A DNA stretch of 64,000 bases from a virus (Duplodnaviria > Caudoviricetes), in the IMG/VR virus record IMGVR_UViG_3300024916_000029, positions 661-64,660 of that record; one strand, written 5' to 3'. The position numbers were made by a program, and so were the translations under genes. Under the pieces are notes generated by a model. It saw nothing but the letters and a program-made list of their open reading frames with translations, made no database searches and was not told where the DNA came from. Numbering within the stretch: the first letter of the stretch is position 1; each line of letters begins with the position of its first letter. Below are positions 1 to 8,807 of the stretch, one piece after another.

Positions 1-534
1 GATGAGCTCGTCATTGAGGGCGTCATCGAACACGCTGCGCAGGGGGGTCAGCATGTTGCGGATGGCCTTGCTGGTGCAATCCATGTCGGACACCCATTCG
101 CGGACCATGCTGGGCGTTACCTCCCGGACCTGCAGGCCGTGCCAGCGGCGCATGCGCTGCCCGGTGATGGCCTTGCGGTATCCGACGTAGGTAGATGGCG
201 AGAGCTTGGTGTTGGCCACCTGGCGCTCGTAGGTCTCCAGCTGCTTGGTCAGCAGCGCCTCCATGAGCGTGCTGTCCTTCTTCGGTGCGGCCGCGCGCGG
301 GCTGTCGGGGAAGTAGTCGGCGTACTTGAAGCTGCCATCCGAAATCTTGCGGCGGATCTCGTCGCGCAGGGCGGCGGCGCGCTGGATGCTTGTTTTGTTG
401 ATGGGGCAGGGCGGGAGCAATTCCCGGCACTGCTCGCCATCTAGCGAGAACGCGATCTGCAGCCGGTCGCCCGCCACGAACTGGCGGATCTTCACGCCCG
501 GCGGCGTTGCTGGTGGAGCTGGTCGTTGATCCAT
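1..534 (-). CDS. int: Tyrosine integrase, N-terminal part (arm-binding DUF3596-like and core-binding domains); runs off the window edge
   Basis: Manual translation from ATG 534: MDQRPAPPATPPGVKIRQF...LRDEIRRKISDGSFKYADYFPDS...KAIRNMLTPLRSVFDDALNDELI. Open to position 1, so absent from the ORF track; overlaps the xis stop. Confidence 0.88.
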   Translation of the reverse strand, partial: MDQRPAPPATPPGVKIRQFVAGDRLQIAFSLDGEQCRELLPPCPINKTSIQRAAALRDEIRRKISDGSFKYADYFPDSPRAAAPKKDSTLMEALLTKQLETYERQVANTKLSPSTYVGYRKAITGQRMRRWHGLQVREVTPSMVREWVSDMDCTSKAIRNMLTPLRSVFDDALNDELI

Positions 535-770
535 TGGTCTGCGGCCTTGATGTTGACGTACAGGCGTCGGGCGATGACGGCAACCTGTTGCCCCTCCTTC
601 CAGACGCCGCTTTTCTTGCGCTGCTTCACCGTTTCACGGGTGACGCCCGTCAGGTCCTGGTACTTGCTGGCCAAGACCCATTCGGGCTGTGGCGCCACTG
701 TGCCGCCGGCTTCTGGCACACCTGTTACGAAATGTGTGTCGTTCCGGGCGTGATTTTTGGTCGTGGTCAT
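492..770 (-). CDS. xis: Excisionase
   Basis: 92 aa immediately upstream of int; EWVLASKYQDLTGVTRETVKQRKKSGVWKEGQQ...LYVNIKAADQW resembles winged-helix Xis. Confidence 0.8.
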   Translation of the reverse strand: MTTTKNHARNDTHFVTGVPEAGGTVAPQPEWVLASKYQDLTGVTRETVKQRKKSGVWKEGQQVAVIARRLYVNIKAADQWINDQLHQQRRRA

Positions 771-1111
771 GGTGTATTCCTCCGGTGCTCGCGTGCTGCG
801 CGTCCGTATTTATCGGCCAGCGTGGAACCGGCCGCTGCGTAGTTCTTCCCCCCCAGGTGCACCAGGTCGGGCTGGGGTTCTGGCGTCCAGGTGCAGAAGC
901 CATCGGGGCCAATGACGCCGCCCTGCTGCGCCCACTGGGTGACGGCGGACCAGAATGGAGAGCGGGGCCCGGGCTGGCTGTCGGCTGGGTCGCCTCGCTG
1001 GTTTGTGGCTGCAGGCCCGCAGAACGGGTGCATCTCGAAGTGCCAGATTCGGCCGGTGGCGTCCTTGATCTGGCGGTCGGGGCCGCCGTAGGAGATGTGG
1101 ATGAGCTTCAT
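767..1111 (-). CDS. Hypothetical phage protein (MKLIHISYGG...)
   Basis: Internal ATG 1111; 4-nt overlaps with both neighbours. Confidence 0.7.
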   Translation of the reverse strand: MKLIHISYGGPDRQIKDATGRIWHFEMHPFCGPAATNQRGDPADSQPGPRSPFWSAVTQWAQQGGVIGPDGFCTWTPEPQPDLVHLGGKNYAAAGSTLADKYGRAAREHRRNTP

Positions 1112-1557
1112 GTTCGCCGCATTTCTGTAAGGTGGCGCGCTGCAGCGCGCTCGATGGTCCCGGCCACGGCCGCGCGTGCGTTGCGCTCCATGCGAGGAAT
1201 GAAGTCGGCGCTGTGCTGGTGCAGCAGCTCCAGGCCGACCAGCACATCCGGGTGCATGGCCAGCACGTCCTGCGCAGGATCGAGAAACTGGTTCTTCTCG
1301 TAGCAGATCACGCCGCACATGCCGAAGATGACGCGGCCAGAAAAGCCCGGCGCCGTGCGCAGCAGCTCGGCCAGGCTGTTGTAGAGGGCCTGCAGGTGGC
1401 CCGCGTCGTCGCAGTCGAAATCGTCTTCGAGGTCGTTGATCGACTTCGGACCTTCGGTTGGCCACGGGCCGCCGAAACGGGTGTCGATGGTGTTCAGGAT
1501 GCCCAGCAGATCCATGCCGGCATCCAGATCGCGCCTGGAGGGTTTGGCCATCTTCAT
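1108..1557 (-). CDS. Hypothetical phage protein (MKMAKPSRRD...)
   Basis: ATG 1557 coupled to the methyltransferase stop; GC3-rich codons. Confidence 0.72.
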   Translation of the reverse strand: MKMAKPSRRDLDAGMDLLGILNTIDTRFGGPWPTEGPKSINDLEDDFDCDDAGHLQALYNSLAELLRTAPGFSGRVIFGMCGVICYEKNQFLDPAQDVLAMHPDVLVGLELLHQHSADFIPRMERNARAAVAGTIERAAARHLTEMRRT

Positions 1558-2075
1558 GCTGCACCGCCTTCCTGCCCCATGGGCTTCATGAAAACCAGCC
1601 AGTGGGTTTTGAGTCCTCGGCCTGTTTTCTGACCGAACAACGGTGCCTCCGGCGTGAGTGCCAGCACTTCGGACAGCTTCACCTGTGTCTCGTTCCACTT
1701 GAACACCAGCACGCCTCCGGGCTCCAACACACGGAAGCACTCGGAAAATCCCTTGCGCAGGTCGTCTCGCCAGTCTTTTCCCAGCTTTCCGTACTTCGCC
1801 GCAAGCCATGAGCGCGGACCAGCGCGCTCAAGGTGCGGGGGGTCGAACGCTACCAGCTTGAACCGGCCATCGGGAAACGGCAGGGCGCGGAAGTCCATAA
1901 GCTTGTCGGGCGTGATGAGCATGGTTCGCGTGCCGTCTTCGCGGTGCGAGCGGTCCGTGACCACGATGGTTTCGTTGCGCTTGTCCCCGAAGATCGCGAG
2001 CGGGTCTGCCTTGTTGAACCACATCATGCGGACACCGCAGCACGGGTCCAGGACGTGGGCTGATTCTTTGGTCAT
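1554..2075 (-). CDS. SAM-dependent methyltransferase, probably an orphan DNA amino-methyltransferase
   Basis: Motif I VLDPCCG, catalytic-like FDPPH, ECFRVLEPGGVLVFKW; RBS GGAGG before ATG 2075. Confidence 0.85.
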   Translation of the reverse strand: MTKESAHVLDPCCGVRMMWFNKADPLAIFGDKRNETIVVTDRSHREDGTRTMLITPDKLMDFRALPFPDGRFKLVAFDPPHLERAGPRSWLAAKYGKLGKDWRDDLRKGFSECFRVLEPGGVLVFKWNETQVKLSEVLALTPEAPLFGQKTGRGLKTHWLVFMKPMGQEGGAA

Positions 2076-2267
2076 TGCTTCTTTCCTCCCCTGGGCTTGA
2101 TCCAGGTGAAATGCGGGGGCATGCCCGCGGATTGGTATGTGGCCCACAGCGGCGCCCCCGTGGGGCAGCGCTGCAGGGTTGGCGCCGGCCGCCTGGCAGG
2201 TTCCGCAGGCGGCGGCGTGAAGCTGGTAGGCCTTGTCGGCGGCGTACCAGTCGGGCGTGGCGCTCAT
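2072..2267 (-). pseudogene. Small Cys/His protein with an apparent frameshift that fuses its N-terminus to the methyltransferase
   Basis: MSATPDW...HAAACGTCQAAGAN continues in the +1 frame as LQRCPTGAPLWATYQ...KKQ*, whose TGA overlaps the MTase ATG. Confidence 0.6.
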
Positions 2268-3286
2268 GGCGCGGGGTAACCATCCAAGGTGCGGCCGTCC
2301 AGCAGGCGGCCTGCGGCCTTCTTGCCGACGCGCCAGCTACTTACACCGTTTTCCCACTCGCATTCATGGAAGTACTCGTTTGGGTCAGCGATTTGAGGCG
2401 AATGGAGTGCGGCGGCGTCGATGTTGAAGTCATCGATCCACTCACCCCACTGCTTGAACAGGAAGGGAACGCCAGCGGCTTCGCACTGGTCGCGCAGGCT
2501 GCGGGCCCAGTCTGGGGACATGGGGCGCGCGCCGGGGCCGCTTTCGCCGCCGACGATCACCCAGTCGATGCCAGCGTGCATTGGGCCGGTAGGGCCGTCG
2601 CTCAGGTTGACGCCGTACCAGTCTTCAAAGTCCTCGATCCAGCTTTCAGAGGTATCGCGCCACAGTTCGATTGCCTCTTCCCAGGTGTCGGGCTTTAAGG
2701 CGTTGATTTCGCCTTCGCCGTGCGGAATGCTGCGCAGATTCACTGCGCCCAGCAGCGGCTCCATGCTCAGGAAGCGCACGCGCGCGGGCACTTGCAGCAG
2801 CTTTGGTATGTCGCGGTCGGCCTCGGCCTGGTTCACGATGGTGGCGCCGATCCACAGGTTTGGCAGAACCTGGCCATCGCCACCGACCGGCAGGCCCCAA
2901 CCGTTGACGTTGCCAATCCGTTTCGTCAGTAGCAACCAGTCCAGGTTCGGCGTGGCCCTGATGAGGTCGTAGAGATCGAGGCGCCACTGCTGATCCACCG
3001 CGTTGTCGAACACATCGGCCAGGCTGGCGCAGAAAACGCGCTGGCGGCGCCCATGCTGTGCCATGAAGGCATCGGCCCGGTCGTTCCAGCGCAGCGGCAG
3101 GCTCCAGTTCGCGGCGCTCGTGCGGCGGCGCGGTGCACCGGGGCCCCAGTTGATGGCCTGGCCACCAGCGAAGCGCGCATTGCGGGCTTCGGCGTAGCAG
3201 TGGTCGCACCCGGGGCCTACCTTCTGGCAGCCTTCCCATGGATTGAATGTGTGATCGCACCACTCGATGTTGGTGTTTTCGGACAT
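2264..3286 (-). CDS. DUF5131 / phage Gp37-Gp68 family protein
   Basis: IEWCDHTFNPWEGCQKVGPGCDHCYA three-Cys motif; LLLTKR; FLSMEPLLG; DWVIVGGESG; FLFKQWG. Confidence 0.92.
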   Translation of the reverse strand: MSENTNIEWCDHTFNPWEGCQKVGPGCDHCYAEARNARFAGGQAINWGPGAPRRRTSAANWSLPLRWNDRADAFMAQHGRRQRVFCASLADVFDNAVDQQWRLDLYDLIRATPNLDWLLLTKRIGNVNGWGLPVGGDGQVLPNLWIGATIVNQAEADRDIPKLLQVPARVRFLSMEPLLGAVNLRSIPHGEGEINALKPDTWEEAIELWRDTSESWIEDFEDWYGVNLSDGPTGPMHAGIDWVIVGGESGPGARPMSPDWARSLRDQCEAAGVPFLFKQWGEWIDDFNIDAAALHSPQIADPNEYFHECEWENGVSSWRVGKKAAGRLLDGRTLDGYPAP

Positions 3287-3353
3287 GAGGACTCCCATGA
3301 AAAAAGCTGCAAGCCCTTTAACAATAAGCGCATGCAGCTATAAATAACGTAGC

Positions 3354-3382
3354 AAAAAAGAACCCCGCTCTGTGGCGGGGCT
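3354..3382 (-). terminator. Intrinsic terminator in the leftward operon
   Basis: Minus strand AGCCCCGC-loop-GCGGGGTT followed by a T run. Confidence 0.7.
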
Positions 3383-3401
3383 GGTGGTGGGGTGGATGGC
3401 G

Positions 3402-3881
3402 TCAGGGCTTGGCCGTGGCGGCGTCGATCACCGCTCGCACATGCCCGCGCATCGTCTCGCGGCCCTTCTCAGGCATGTGGTCCCACGGGTAATCGAAGCT
3501 GGCGGCGAGCACCTTCGCCGCGGCTTCTAGCTGCCCGGTGGTCAGCGCCTTGCGCGCCACGGGCTGCGGTGCTGCTGCGAGCATGGCTGCATACACCTCA
3601 CCGTAGATGCCTTCCTCGATGCGCAGCACCTCGGCGCTTACGTTCTTGTAGACAGCCGCACCGTTCGCATACTTGACGGCTGCAGCCTTCATGTCCCCGG
3701 TGGCCTCCACCGGCACCAGCGCATACCCGGCGGGCGCCTGCTGCGCGCCCCAGCGGGCGAGGACTGCGCGGGCGAAGCGGATTGCTTCTTCGGCCCCGAC
3801 CTCGAACTCCCATAAAGTTTCCTTTGGGATGAGGGCTGCAATCTCGGCGTCTGTCGGCGCCAGGGGTGTGGTGTCAGCCAT
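3402..3881 (-). CDS. Hypothetical phage protein
   Basis: 159 aa ORF with RBS; modular PAGYALVPVEAT...MLAAAPQP segment typical of variable early phage proteins. Confidence 0.75.
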   Translation of the reverse strand: MADTTPLAPTDAEIAALIPKETLWEFEVGAEEAIRFARAVLARWGAQQAPAGYALVPVEATGDMKAAAVKYANGAAVYKNVSAEVLRIEEGIYGEVYAAMLAAAPQPVARKALTTGQLEAAAKVLAASFDYPWDHMPEKGRETMRGHVRAVIDAATAKP

Positions 3882-4167
3882 GGTTCGGCTCCTGCACGTT
3901 GATCGCGTACACCGTCACCGGCTCGGGGCCGAAGTGCGGGTGCGTGATGGTTTTGATGGTGTAGCCCTGCCAGGGCCGGATGATGCGGCGCGATTCGTCG
4001 CCGCGCTTCGGGTAGCCCAGGGTCAGTACGATGCGGTCGTACAGCCCGAAAGGCGAGGCCAAGCGCTTCTGCCAGTACGGCGTGCAGAGCCTGTATTCCT
4101 CGGTCTTCGATCCGTCCCGGATGGCCTCGAAATACTCTCGCTTGAGCGGTAGCACGAGGTCAGTCAT
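3874..4167 (-). CDS. ASCH-domain protein
   Basis: LVLPLKREYFEAIRDGSKTEEYR contains the ASCH GxKxxExR motif. Confidence 0.85.
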   Translation of the reverse strand: MTDLVLPLKREYFEAIRDGSKTEEYRLCTPYWQKRLASPFGLYDRIVLTLGYPKRGDESRRIIRPWQGYTIKTITHPHFGPEPVTVYAINVQEPNHG

Positions 4168-4420
4168 TGGAGGACTCCTTTGCGATCTGCGCGGCACGCC
4201 GCATCTGCTTGACAACGGCGCTCAAGACCGATTCCGGGAACTGCACGCGGCGGCCTTCCTGCTCGAGCCACAGCTCGTGGCTGTCGTCGTTGGGGTAGAA
4301 GCCGACAGAGATAGGGCCGGTGAATCGCTCCCCGGTGAACACCTGCACGTCGATCTGCGCTGTCACAGCCTCGGCGCGCGGGATGAACTCGGTAACGGTG
4401 GCGGTGTGGGTGTCAGCCAT
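4160..4420 (-). CDS. Hypothetical protein (MADTHTAT...)
   Basis: Overlap-coupled ORF in the operon. Confidence 0.65.
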   Translation of the reverse strand: MADTHTATVTEFIPRAEAVTAQIDVQVFTGERFTGPISVGFYPNDDSHELWLEQEGRRVQFPESVLSAVVKQMRRAAQIAKESSND

Positions 4421-4655
4421 GGCGCCGGCCCCATTGAGCTGTGCGGGAACGAATTTCGGCGGCACATCCGTAGCCGTTGACCTCGTGGCCGCTGTCCTCG
4501 ATCTGCTCGCACAGTTTGGCGCACGCCTCGCGCTCGCGCTCCGCTACTGCGAAAGCGAACATTTCCAGCTTCGCCACATTGACCGGCACCGGGTGCGCCC
4601 CGTTCGGCTGAATGAACGCTTCGCGTGCCATGCTGATGACTTCGTCGCGTGTCAT
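4413..4655 (-). CDS. Hypothetical protein (MTRDEVISMARE...EREACAKLCE...CAAEIRSR)
   Basis: Common small phage protein pattern; coupled to the upstream stop. Confidence 0.72.
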   Translation of the reverse strand: MTRDEVISMAREAFIQPNGAHPVPVNVAKLEMFAFAVAEREREACAKLCEQIEDSGHEVNGYGCAAEIRSRTAQWGRRHG

Positions 4656-6220
4656 CACTTGCCCTCCTGTGCTGTGCGGGCGGCGTCGGCGCGGTCCATG
4701 CGCTCCAGCTCGGCCAGAATGAGGGCGCCGGACTTGACCAGCGCGCGGCGGGGCGGACACGGCTTGAAAGTCCAATCAGCAGGCCATGGGTCTGACGTGT
4801 TTGGCGGGCTAACGGTGTCGTTGTCCATCGTCAGGGCGTCATCAATCCCCGTAGCAATGGCCTGGATGTGGTTGGATGCGGCGACTGCATAGCCCGCCGC
4901 CGCGTAGCACAGCTCCCCCTCATCGTGTTCGTCGTCGTGCCCAGGCGTCCATCCTTCGGCATTGATTTGGCGCTGCCGCTCTGCCAGCACGTCGCGGGCG
5001 GCCTGGGTCAGCGCATCCCCCTGCGCAGCGGGCGAGGGCTGCGGTGCTGTCTTTACATCATGTGTAAAGGTGGTAAACGCATTCACAAGCATGCGCTTCA
5101 TGAAATCAAATTCTTCCTGCTCATCCGGCTCATAAGCCAGCTTGAATAGCTGATTTCCGATCTTGAAGTGCATGTGCGTACCGGACATTCCAAACTCAAC
5201 GCCGTATTGGTTCGGCTGGTTTTCTCGGTCGGTCAACGCTTGCGCGAGGTGTTGCGCCTCCTGCTGGGGCGCAGGAATCCTTTGCGCTTCACCGCCCCTG
5301 GCAATCACAGCTTCCGCGCGCTCGACGGCATCGCGCATCGCAGCAGCCCTGTCGCGCCCGGTGGATACCTCGTAAGCGCTGGGCGAGCCCGGCATGCTGG
5401 ACTGAGCACACCCGCCGTAGAAGCGAAGTGTCATGCCAAGTCTTGCGGCGGTCCTGAACGCCTTGCCGTCCACATCCTCTGTGGTCTCCTGCTGGGGTGC
5501 TGGCTGGGTGGTGGGCGCGGCGGCAAGTGCTGTGCGGACGATGGATTCAAGCTCCGCATGCGCACTTCGCTTCTGGTTCATGCTTCCTGATATGTGGGCG
5601 TCTCGGAAGTCATAGGCCGCACCAAGAATCGCTCCAACCATCGGATCGCTCGGCCCCGCTACAGCGGCAGGCGTTGCCATCACGAGCGGGTCGCCCATGC
5701 CAGCGGCGTAAGCATCACGAGCGCGCTGCTTGTCGGATTTGTGCGCGGGGGTGTATGCGTCGTACCAACTCTCGAACGCACTGTCCCCGACGCGCAGTTC
5801 AGGTGTGCTGTCCTTGTAGGCAGGCGCTGGCTGTGCGGCACGCATGGCGCGGTCTGCGTCACGGACGGCATCACGGCATTCGTTCCAGCCAATCACCCAC
5901 ATGGCCCGGTCGCTTAGGTTGAGCTGCTGCGGACCGTTGTTCATGTCCTTGATTTCAGGCAGCGCCGGATACTCGCCCGCAGGCTCCGCAATCCGGTGCA
6001 GGCACTGCCGGCCGCGCAGCGCCTCCACGCCGCCGGCGCCGATGCTGTCCGCCCAGCTCTCCAGCGCATCGGCTGCGGCCATGCTCTCGTCGTAGGCGGC
6101 CTTGGCTTCCGGCTCTCCGGTCCAGTCGTGGCCCGTGGCGGCCAGGGTGTGGCAGTTCTTGAGTTCCTCGGCGCCTTCGCGCAGCAGCCGGCAGGCGATG
6201 GCGATTGGGTTTGTGCTCAT
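4655..6220 (-). CDS. Mosaic multi-module early phage protein
   Basis: ATG 6220 with AGGA RBS; modules joined by Ala/Pro/Gln linkers; C-terminal AARDVLAERQRQ...GWTPGHDDEH...ALILAELERMDR domain. Confidence 0.8.
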   Translation of the reverse strand: MSTNPIAIACRLLREGAEELKNCHTLAATGHDWTGEPEAKAAYDESMAAADALESWADSIGAGGVEALRGRQCLHRIAEPAGEYPALPEIKDMNNGPQQLNLSDRAMWVIGWNECRDAVRDADRAMRAAQPAPAYKDSTPELRVGDSAFESWYDAYTPAHKSDKQRARDAYAAGMGDPLVMATPAAVAGPSDPMVGAILGAAYDFRDAHISGSMNQKRSAHAELESIVRTALAAAPTTQPAPQQETTEDVDGKAFRTAARLGMTLRFYGGCAQSSMPGSPSAYEVSTGRDRAAAMRDAVERAEAVIARGGEAQRIPAPQQEAQHLAQALTDRENQPNQYGVEFGMSGTHMHFKIGNQLFKLAYEPDEQEEFDFMKRMLVNAFTTFTHDVKTAPQPSPAAQGDALTQAARDVLAERQRQINAEGWTPGHDDEHDEGELCYAAAGYAVAASNHIQAIATGIDDALTMDNDTVSPPNTSDPWPADWTFKPCPPRRALVKSGALILAELERMDRADAARTAQEGK

Positions 6221-6233
6221 GTCGGATTCCTGA

Positions 6234-6262
6234 AATGAAGAAGCCCGCTCGGGGCGGGCTCT
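6234..6262 (-). terminator. Intrinsic terminator-like hairpin
   Basis: AGCCCGC-loop-GCGGGCT followed by TCTTCATTT on the minus strand. Confidence 0.55.
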
Positions 6263-6301
6263 GGGTGCTGTAATACTGTGGAGATCGCACAGGAGGGATG
6301 C

Positions 6302-6544
6302 ATGAACGATGGATTGATCATGGGTCACCAGTTCCAATTCGAGCTCGAAGGGAAGATGCGCCATGCGCTCATCTCCTTTGACGCCCTACGGGACTGCTTT
6401 GGAGGCGCTGGACGGCCTCATGCTGCGACGTATGCGGAAAACGCCGGAGAAATCAACCGCAAGGCGGCAGAAATCTCCCGGCGCAACGAGCATCGGAACC
6501 CACTTCTCCTTGTCACAGCAGACTTCAAGAAGCCTGATGCGTGA
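6302..6544 (+). CDS. Antisense moron, DUF1488-like small protein
   Basis: RBS AGGAGG; upstream TGTAATACT -10-like element; ISFDALRDCFG...YAENAGEINRKA pattern. Confidence 0.7.
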   Translation: MNDGLIMGHQFQFELEGKMRHALISFDALRDCFGGAGRPHAATYAENAGEINRKAAEISRRNEHRNPLLLVTADFKKPDA

Positions 6545-6550
6545 TCCCAA

Positions 6551-6817
6551 TTAGCGTTCTCTGAACGCAGCCACGGCGCGCCGCTGGATCGCGGTGACAA
6601 CCAGCCGCGCGCGCGGCTCGCGGAACCAGCTGCGCACCTTGTTGATGCTCCGGGACACCTCGGACTCGCATTCCTCGCGCCCGGGCCTGCCGGGCGGCCA
6701 GGTGGCGAGCTGCAATGCGGCGTCAAGCGCGCGGCGGCGCCACAGCCGGCGCCGGAGGATCAGGCGCTTCGTGTTGCCTTTCAGGCGTGGTTTTTGCGGG
6801 GGGGGGCTGGCGGTCAT
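6551..6817 (-). CDS. Arg-rich hypothetical protein
   Basis: 88 aa; ATG overlaps the rdgC stop. Confidence 0.62.
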   Translation of the reverse strand: MTASPPPQKPRLKGNTKRLILRRRLWRRRALDAALQLATWPPGRPGREECESEVSRSINKVRSWFREPRARLVVTAIQRRAVAAFRER

Positions 6818-7977
6818 GCAATCACCTTTCGCGCGCCATCGGCGCCCATGTGTCTGACGATCCCGGCCTTTTCCATCTCATCCAGCAGCCTGGCGGCGCG
6901 GTTGTAGCCAATGCGCAGATGGCGCTGCACCAGGGAAATGCTCGCCTTGTTGTGCTTGCGCACGGTGTCTAGCGCTTGCTGGTACATGGGGTCGGGGCCG
7001 CCACCGTTGAAATAGGGGTCTGGCGGAGGCTCCGCGACGGCAGCAACGGGCGTGGACACCACAGCCGGCGCAGCGCTGCGAACGCCGCTCTCGGCCTCGC
7101 CCCCCAGCGACTCGATCAGATCCGGGATCAGCTTCGACAGCTCGCCCGTGGCAATCGCCACGTCGGTGTCGAACCCGCCTTCATCGCTGCCACGGTCCTC
7201 GAAAACCGTGTCCAGGAACTGCAGCTTGCGCACCTGCAGGCCCTCGGTCAGCAGGAACGAAACCCGGTCGTCCCAGGTCATCGCCAACTTGGTGGGCAGC
7301 TTGCCAGCGTCGATGTGGGCCTGTACCTCGGCAATGTCCAGCGGGTGGCGGCCGTAGCGCACCACTGCCTTTTCTTCGCTGGCGCTCTTGAGTTCGCACT
7401 CGCGGTCCACGGTGAAGCCCGCGGGCGGCTCCTGCTCCTTGAGCCAGTGCGCCATGGCCGCCTGCGGCGAGGTCTGCGTGTTCAGCAGCGCCACGGCAAA
7501 GCCGGGCGGCAGCAGCTCCACCAGGCAGCTCACCACCTCGTCGGCGCGGGCCTGGCTGGAGGTATCGAGCACCAGCAGGCGGGCGGCCGGGTCGATCCAC
7601 ACCCAGGTCGCGGCCTGTTTCGTGAAGGCCATGGGCAGCAGATCCAGCTTGGCCTCGTCCTTGAGCTCGCGGGTTTCCTTCTTGCCGGGCTTGCGGCCGG
7701 TTTCCTTTTCGATGCGTTCGGCCTTCTCCTTGACCTTGCGCGCCAGCACGCTGGCGGGGATGGCCTTGGTTTCGGTCATCAGGCGAGCAATCCACTGGCC
7801 GCCGATGCTCTCGACCAGGGCGCCGTGTTCCTCGCCGCGTGGCGGGACAAAGCCGTAGCTGCGCTCCTGCGTGGTGCCGCATTCAGTGAACGGGAGTTTC
7901 TGCAGCGCTTCTTCGGCGGCCTGCAGGTCGAGTGCCCAGCCTTGGGCGATGCGGTAAACGGTCAAGTTCTTGAACAT
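6814..7977 (-). CDS. rdgC: Recombination-associated protein RdgC with a C-terminal FtsK-gamma-like winged helix
   Basis: MFKNLTVYR...GFVPP...LLPMAF...KLAMTWDDRVSFLL; tail DPMYQQALDTV...ASISLVQRHLRIGYNRAARLLDEMEKAGIV. Confidence 0.92.
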   Translation of the reverse strand: MFKNLTVYRIAQGWALDLQAAEEALQKLPFTECGTTQERSYGFVPPRGEEHGALVESIGGQWIARLMTETKAIPASVLARKVKEKAERIEKETGRKPGKKETRELKDEAKLDLLPMAFTKQAATWVWIDPAARLLVLDTSSQARADEVVSCLVELLPPGFAVALLNTQTSPQAAMAHWLKEQEPPAGFTVDRECELKSASEEKAVVRYGRHPLDIAEVQAHIDAGKLPTKLAMTWDDRVSFLLTEGLQVRKLQFLDTVFEDRGSDEGGFDTDVAIATGELSKLIPDLIESLGGEAESGVRSAAPAVVSTPVAAVAEPPPDPYFNGGGPDPMYQQALDTVRKHNKASISLVQRHLRIGYNRAARLLDEMEKAGIVRHMGADGARKVIA

Positions 7978-8035
7978 GGGGCGTCCAGAAGAATGCCGGC
8001 GCGTGGCCGGCTGGTTGCAGGGTGGTGATTGGCGC

Positions 8036-8356
8036 TTACAGCGCGCCGCCCTCGGTGTCGTCAGCGGGTAGGTGCTCGACCTTGGGCGCCGGGAACTTGT
8101 CGAAAGCCATGGGCTTGATGCGCTCGCCGAAGAACGCTCCCTTGGACTCGGACGCCATGAACGCGGCGTGCAGCTCCGGTGACACACCGGAGTAGTGGTA
8201 GATGTGGCCCGGGCCGCGCGTGAACGTGCATGCCAGGGTCTGGGTGGCGGCGTCGTAGCCGATGGCGCGGACCTGATTCGATTCCACCGGCACCATGGGG
8301 ATGTGCTGGTAGGGCTTGTCGGTGAAGGCTGCGGGGGCGGTGTATTGGCGGGGCAT
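8036..8356 (-). CDS. KTSC-domain protein
   Basis: MVPVESNQVRAIGYD...TLACTF...YHYSGVSPELHAAFMASESKGAFF; RBS AAGGAG. Confidence 0.85.
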   Translation of the reverse strand: MPRQYTAPAAFTDKPYQHIPMVPVESNQVRAIGYDAATQTLACTFTRGPGHIYHYSGVSPELHAAFMASESKGAFFGERIKPMAFDKFPAPKVEHLPADDTEGGAL

Positions 8357-8408
8357 ATGGCTCCTTTGGGCGAAAGAATGCCCGCACGGTTGCGGGCTTG
8401 GTGTTTGG

Positions 8409-8807
8409 TCAGGCGCTGCGGCGCGCCATCGGCACAAGCCCGCTCCATGGGCTCGACCTGGCTGCGCCTGAGCGCAGCTTGCGATCCACGGCGAACCGCG
8501 CACGATTGCGCCGGTAGTAGTTGCGGCGGCGGGCCACAACATGCTCCCGGCTGAACTCCGGGCGCTTGGCGTCAGGCCCTGGGCCAGCCGCGTAGACGGC
8601 GGCCTCGCGGCCCTGAATGCCGATCTGCTGCCGGTAGCGGACGATGCGGAAGAACTTGCCCGGGTGGTTCGCGCGGGCCGTGGTGATGCATGCATCGACC
8701 CGGTTGCGGTGCCATCCGAGGTGTTCGATCAGCTCAGACACGCTCATCGGCCCGCACTCTTTCAGCGCGGCGGTGATGGCGTCGCGGGTGTCTGGTGCGC
8801 GCGGCAT
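8409..8807 (-). CDS. Putative HTH protein
   Basis: RDAITAALKECGPMSVSELIEHLG winged-HTH-like start. Confidence 0.68.
   Translation of the reverse strand: MPRAPDTRDAITAALKECGPMSVSELIEHLGWHRNRVDACITTARANHPGKFFRIVRYRQQIGIQGREAAVYAAGPGPDAKRPEFSREHVVARRRNYYRRNRARFAVDRKLRSGAARSSPWSGLVPMARRSA

Noticed and set aside
1-534. attL/attR sites
   Set aside because: The integrase is cut by the window edge and the right end is still phage sequence, so any att sites lie outside the window.
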